Assembly (NCBI GenBank): GCA_043228905.1
Contig: JBHGNT010000017.1
Coordinates: 7,688,001 to 7,752,000, forward strand
DNA: 64,000 nt
DNA from: Azolla caroliniana
Taxonomy: Eukaryota > Plantae > Polypodiophyta
Direction: 5' to 3'
The stretch's first letter is position 1. Each line of letters opens with the position of its first letter. This document shows positions 61,740 to 64,000 of this stretch, one piece after another. Below the pieces are notes generated by a model. That model searched no databases. It was not told where the DNA came from and saw nothing but the letters and a program-made list of their open reading frames with translations. Position numbers and translations under genes: made by a program.

Positions 61740-64000
61740 TGACGCTTTCAAAAAAACCTTCAGCTCTCGGCCACAACCGAGGAAACACGAGTCAATGCAG
61801 CAGTAAATCGAAAAACACAGAGAGAGACTCGAATGCACAGGGTTTAGCGTGGAAAACCCTAGACGGGAAAAACCACGGGAGTGCAAGACTCCAACTATCA
61901 CTATACGCAGGGAATGTACAATGGCGAGCTGCAAGGCGACGACCTTGAGCTCGCTGTCCTCGCCACAGGCGGCGGTATTACACAGAGGCGTCGACCTCTT
62001 CCTTTCTCTCTCTCTCTCTCACTCTCTCTCTCGGTTGCTCTCACTTCGCTCCCGCTAAGTGGAAAACAGAAAAATGAGCAACAACAACAAAACTGTTTGC
62101 CCTAAGTCATATTTATACACATATGACTTTCGGGCTATTTACAAATATAGCCTAGAGGGCCCTTGGCAAACATATTCACAAATATGTCCCCGCATCCGGA
62201 TCTCTCTCCGGGTACATTCGTCATCCGGCTCCGTAGCCGGGGTCTTCATCATCCGGATCCGAAACCGGGTCTTCATCATCCGGTTCCGATACCGGGTACT
62301 CCTCATTCGGGTCTTCATTCCCGATTCCCGGACATCTGACCATCCCATCCGGAGGGACCGTAATCCCAACAAACTCCCCCTTCACTTTGGCATGGGATGT
62401 CTTTCCAGTCCGACCCTCTTCCGGCACGCTTCCAGCCTGTCGGGTGTGAGCACTTTGGTAAGCATATCTGACCCGTTCTCGTCCGTGTGGATCTTCGTCA
62501 GCACGAACTCCTGGTCTTCTATCCTTTCCCGGATCCAGTGATATCTTCGCTGGATGTGCTTCGTCCGGGAGTGATAGGCCGCATTCTTCGCAAGGTGGAT
62601 GGCACTCTGACTGTCGCAGTAGAGTCGGTACTCCTCCTGCCGGATACCGAGCTCTCTAATGAAGTCCTTCATCCATATTATTTCCTTGCCGGCTTCAACA
62701 GCCGCCATGTACTCCGCCTCCGTGGTTGACAACGCAACCGTCTTCTGCAGCCTCGATTGCCACGAAACAGCTCCCCCTGCATACGTCATCACATACCCTG
62801 ATGTGGACCGGCTGGTATCTGCATCAGCCGACATATCCGAATCGGTAAAGCCGTCGAGTTCGGGCTTACCGGAGCCGAATCGGAGGCACACGTTTGCCGT
62901 GCCCTTCAGGTACCGGAGTATCCACTTGGCCGCGTTCCAGTGCTCTTTGCCGGGATTGCTCATGTACCGGCTCACCACTCCGACTGCATATCCTATGTCC
63001 GGTCTTGTACACACCATTGCGTACATCAAGCTTCTGACGGCAGAGGCATATGGTACTTTCATCATGTCCTCCTTCTCAGCCTTTGTCTTGGGGCTTTGCT
63101 TGCTGGACAGCTTGCAGTTTGCCGGGAGGGTTGACCCGACCGGTCTTGCTTCCGACATGTTGAACCGGTGAAGCACCTTTGTCACGTACTTCTCCTGTGA
63201 CAGCCACAACTGCTTCTTCTTCCGGTCCCGGATGATGTGCATCCCTAGTATTTGCCTCGCCGGACCCAGGTCCTTCATTGAGAAGGTTCGGTGAAGCGCT
63301 TTCTTCAGCATCCGTATCTTGCCCTGGTCCCGTCCGACGATCAACATGTCGTCCACGTACAGGAGGAGTATTAGAAAGTCTCCTCCTTCGAACTTCTTCA
63401 CAAACACGCAGTGATCGGACTGCGTTTTGTGGTACCCTTCGTCGGTCATGAAAGAGTCGAACTTCCGGTACCATTGCCGGGGAGCCTGCTTCAGTCCGTA
63501 AAGGCTCTTCTTCAACCGGCATACCAGGTGCTCCTTCCCTTTCTTCTCGAATCCTTCTGGTTGCTGCATGTAGATCTCTTCTTCGAGGTCACCGTGAAGG
63601 AATGCCGTCTTCACGTCCATCTGTTCTACCTCGAGGTCCATGCTTGCCGCTATGCTCAGCACCGTCCGGATGGAGGTCATCTTCACTACCGGGGCAAATA
63701 TCTCGTCGAAGTCGACGCCCTTCTTCTGCTGGAACCCCTTCACCACGATCCTGGCTTTGTATCTCGGAGGGTTTCCGGCATCTCCCGATTTCAGCTTGAA
63801 CACCCACTTGTTTCGAAGTGCCCGCTTTCCTTTCGGCAACTCCACAAGTTCATATGTGTGGTTCTCATGCAGGGAATCCATCTCCTCCTGCATGGCACTT
63901 AACCACCTGCGGTTATGGGTGTCAAGCTTTGCTTCTTCAAAACTCTCCGGCTCCCCCTCGTCGGTTAGCAGCACGTGCTCTGGTTCCGGAAATCTCCGGG
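61740..64000 (-). mobile_element. Second Tnt1-like copia copy (3' LTR 61740-62371, PPT, RT-RNase H); continues beyond the window
   Basis: The LTR ends ...CCCAACA followed by the PPT complement AACTCCCCC. The ORF is nearly identical to the intact element. Confidence 0.95.
62382..64000 (-). CDS. Copia pol C-terminal part (RT-RNase H), open to the window edge
   Basis: Uninterrupted 530+ aa with YVDD; differs from the 11025-15101 ORF by only a few residues. Confidence 0.93.
   Translation of the reverse strand, partial: RRFPEPEHVLLTDEGEPESFEEAKLDTHNRRWLSAMQEEMDSLHENHTYELVELPKGKRALRNKWVFKLKSGDAGNPPRYKARIVVKGFQQKKGVDFDEIFAPVVKMTSIRTVLSIAASMDLEVEQMDVKTAFLHGDLEEEIYMQQPEGFEKKGKEHLVCRLKKSLYGLKQAPRQWYRKFDSFMTDEGYHKTQSDHCVFVKKFEGGDFLILLLYVDDMLIVGRDQGKIRMLKKALHRTFSMKDLGPARQILGMHIIRDRKKKQLWLSQEKYVTKVLHRFNMSEARPVGSTLPANCKLSSKQSPKTKAEKEDMMKVPYASAVRSLMYAMVCTRPDIGYAVGVVSRYMSNPGKEHWNAAKWILRYLKGTANVCLRFGSGKPELDGFTDSDMSADADTSRSTSGYVMTYAGGAVSWQSRLQKTVALSTTEAEYMAAVEAGKEIIWMKDFIRELGIRQEEYRLYCDSQSAIHLAKNAAYHSRTKHIQRRYHWIRERIEDQEFVLTKIHTDENGSDMLTKVLTPDRLEACRKRVGLERHPMPK

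Overview
Repeat-rich land-plant nuclear DNA, probably from a seed-free plant (moss, lycophyte or fern; this is inferred from the retroelement types, not demonstrated). It holds two intact host genes on the + strand: a 9-exon SnRK2 kinase (7058-9478) and a 10-exon RPAP1/MINIYO homolog (49447-60401). Between and around them is a deeply nested transposon block. This includes a young, intact Tnt1/Tork-like Ty1/copia element with apparently identical LTRs (10344-15803), further copies and solo LTRs of that family, several decayed copia elements, gag-only Ty3/gypsy-like derivatives, a ~1.36 kb foldback palindrome, two related Mutator-like (MULE) elements directly upstream of RPAP1, and LINE/SINE fragments. 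The most striking observation is an intron-containing, pseudogenised fragment of a bacterial-type beta-class amino (N4-cytosine/N6-adenine) DNA methyltransferase at 20909-21636, buried in the TE block and probably transposon-borne. Also unusual are a gypsy-like element with a tRNA-3'-end sequence where the polypurine tract should be, and an LTR element with a tRNA-like Pol III A/B-box module inside both LTRs. All alignments and identities were judged by eye.
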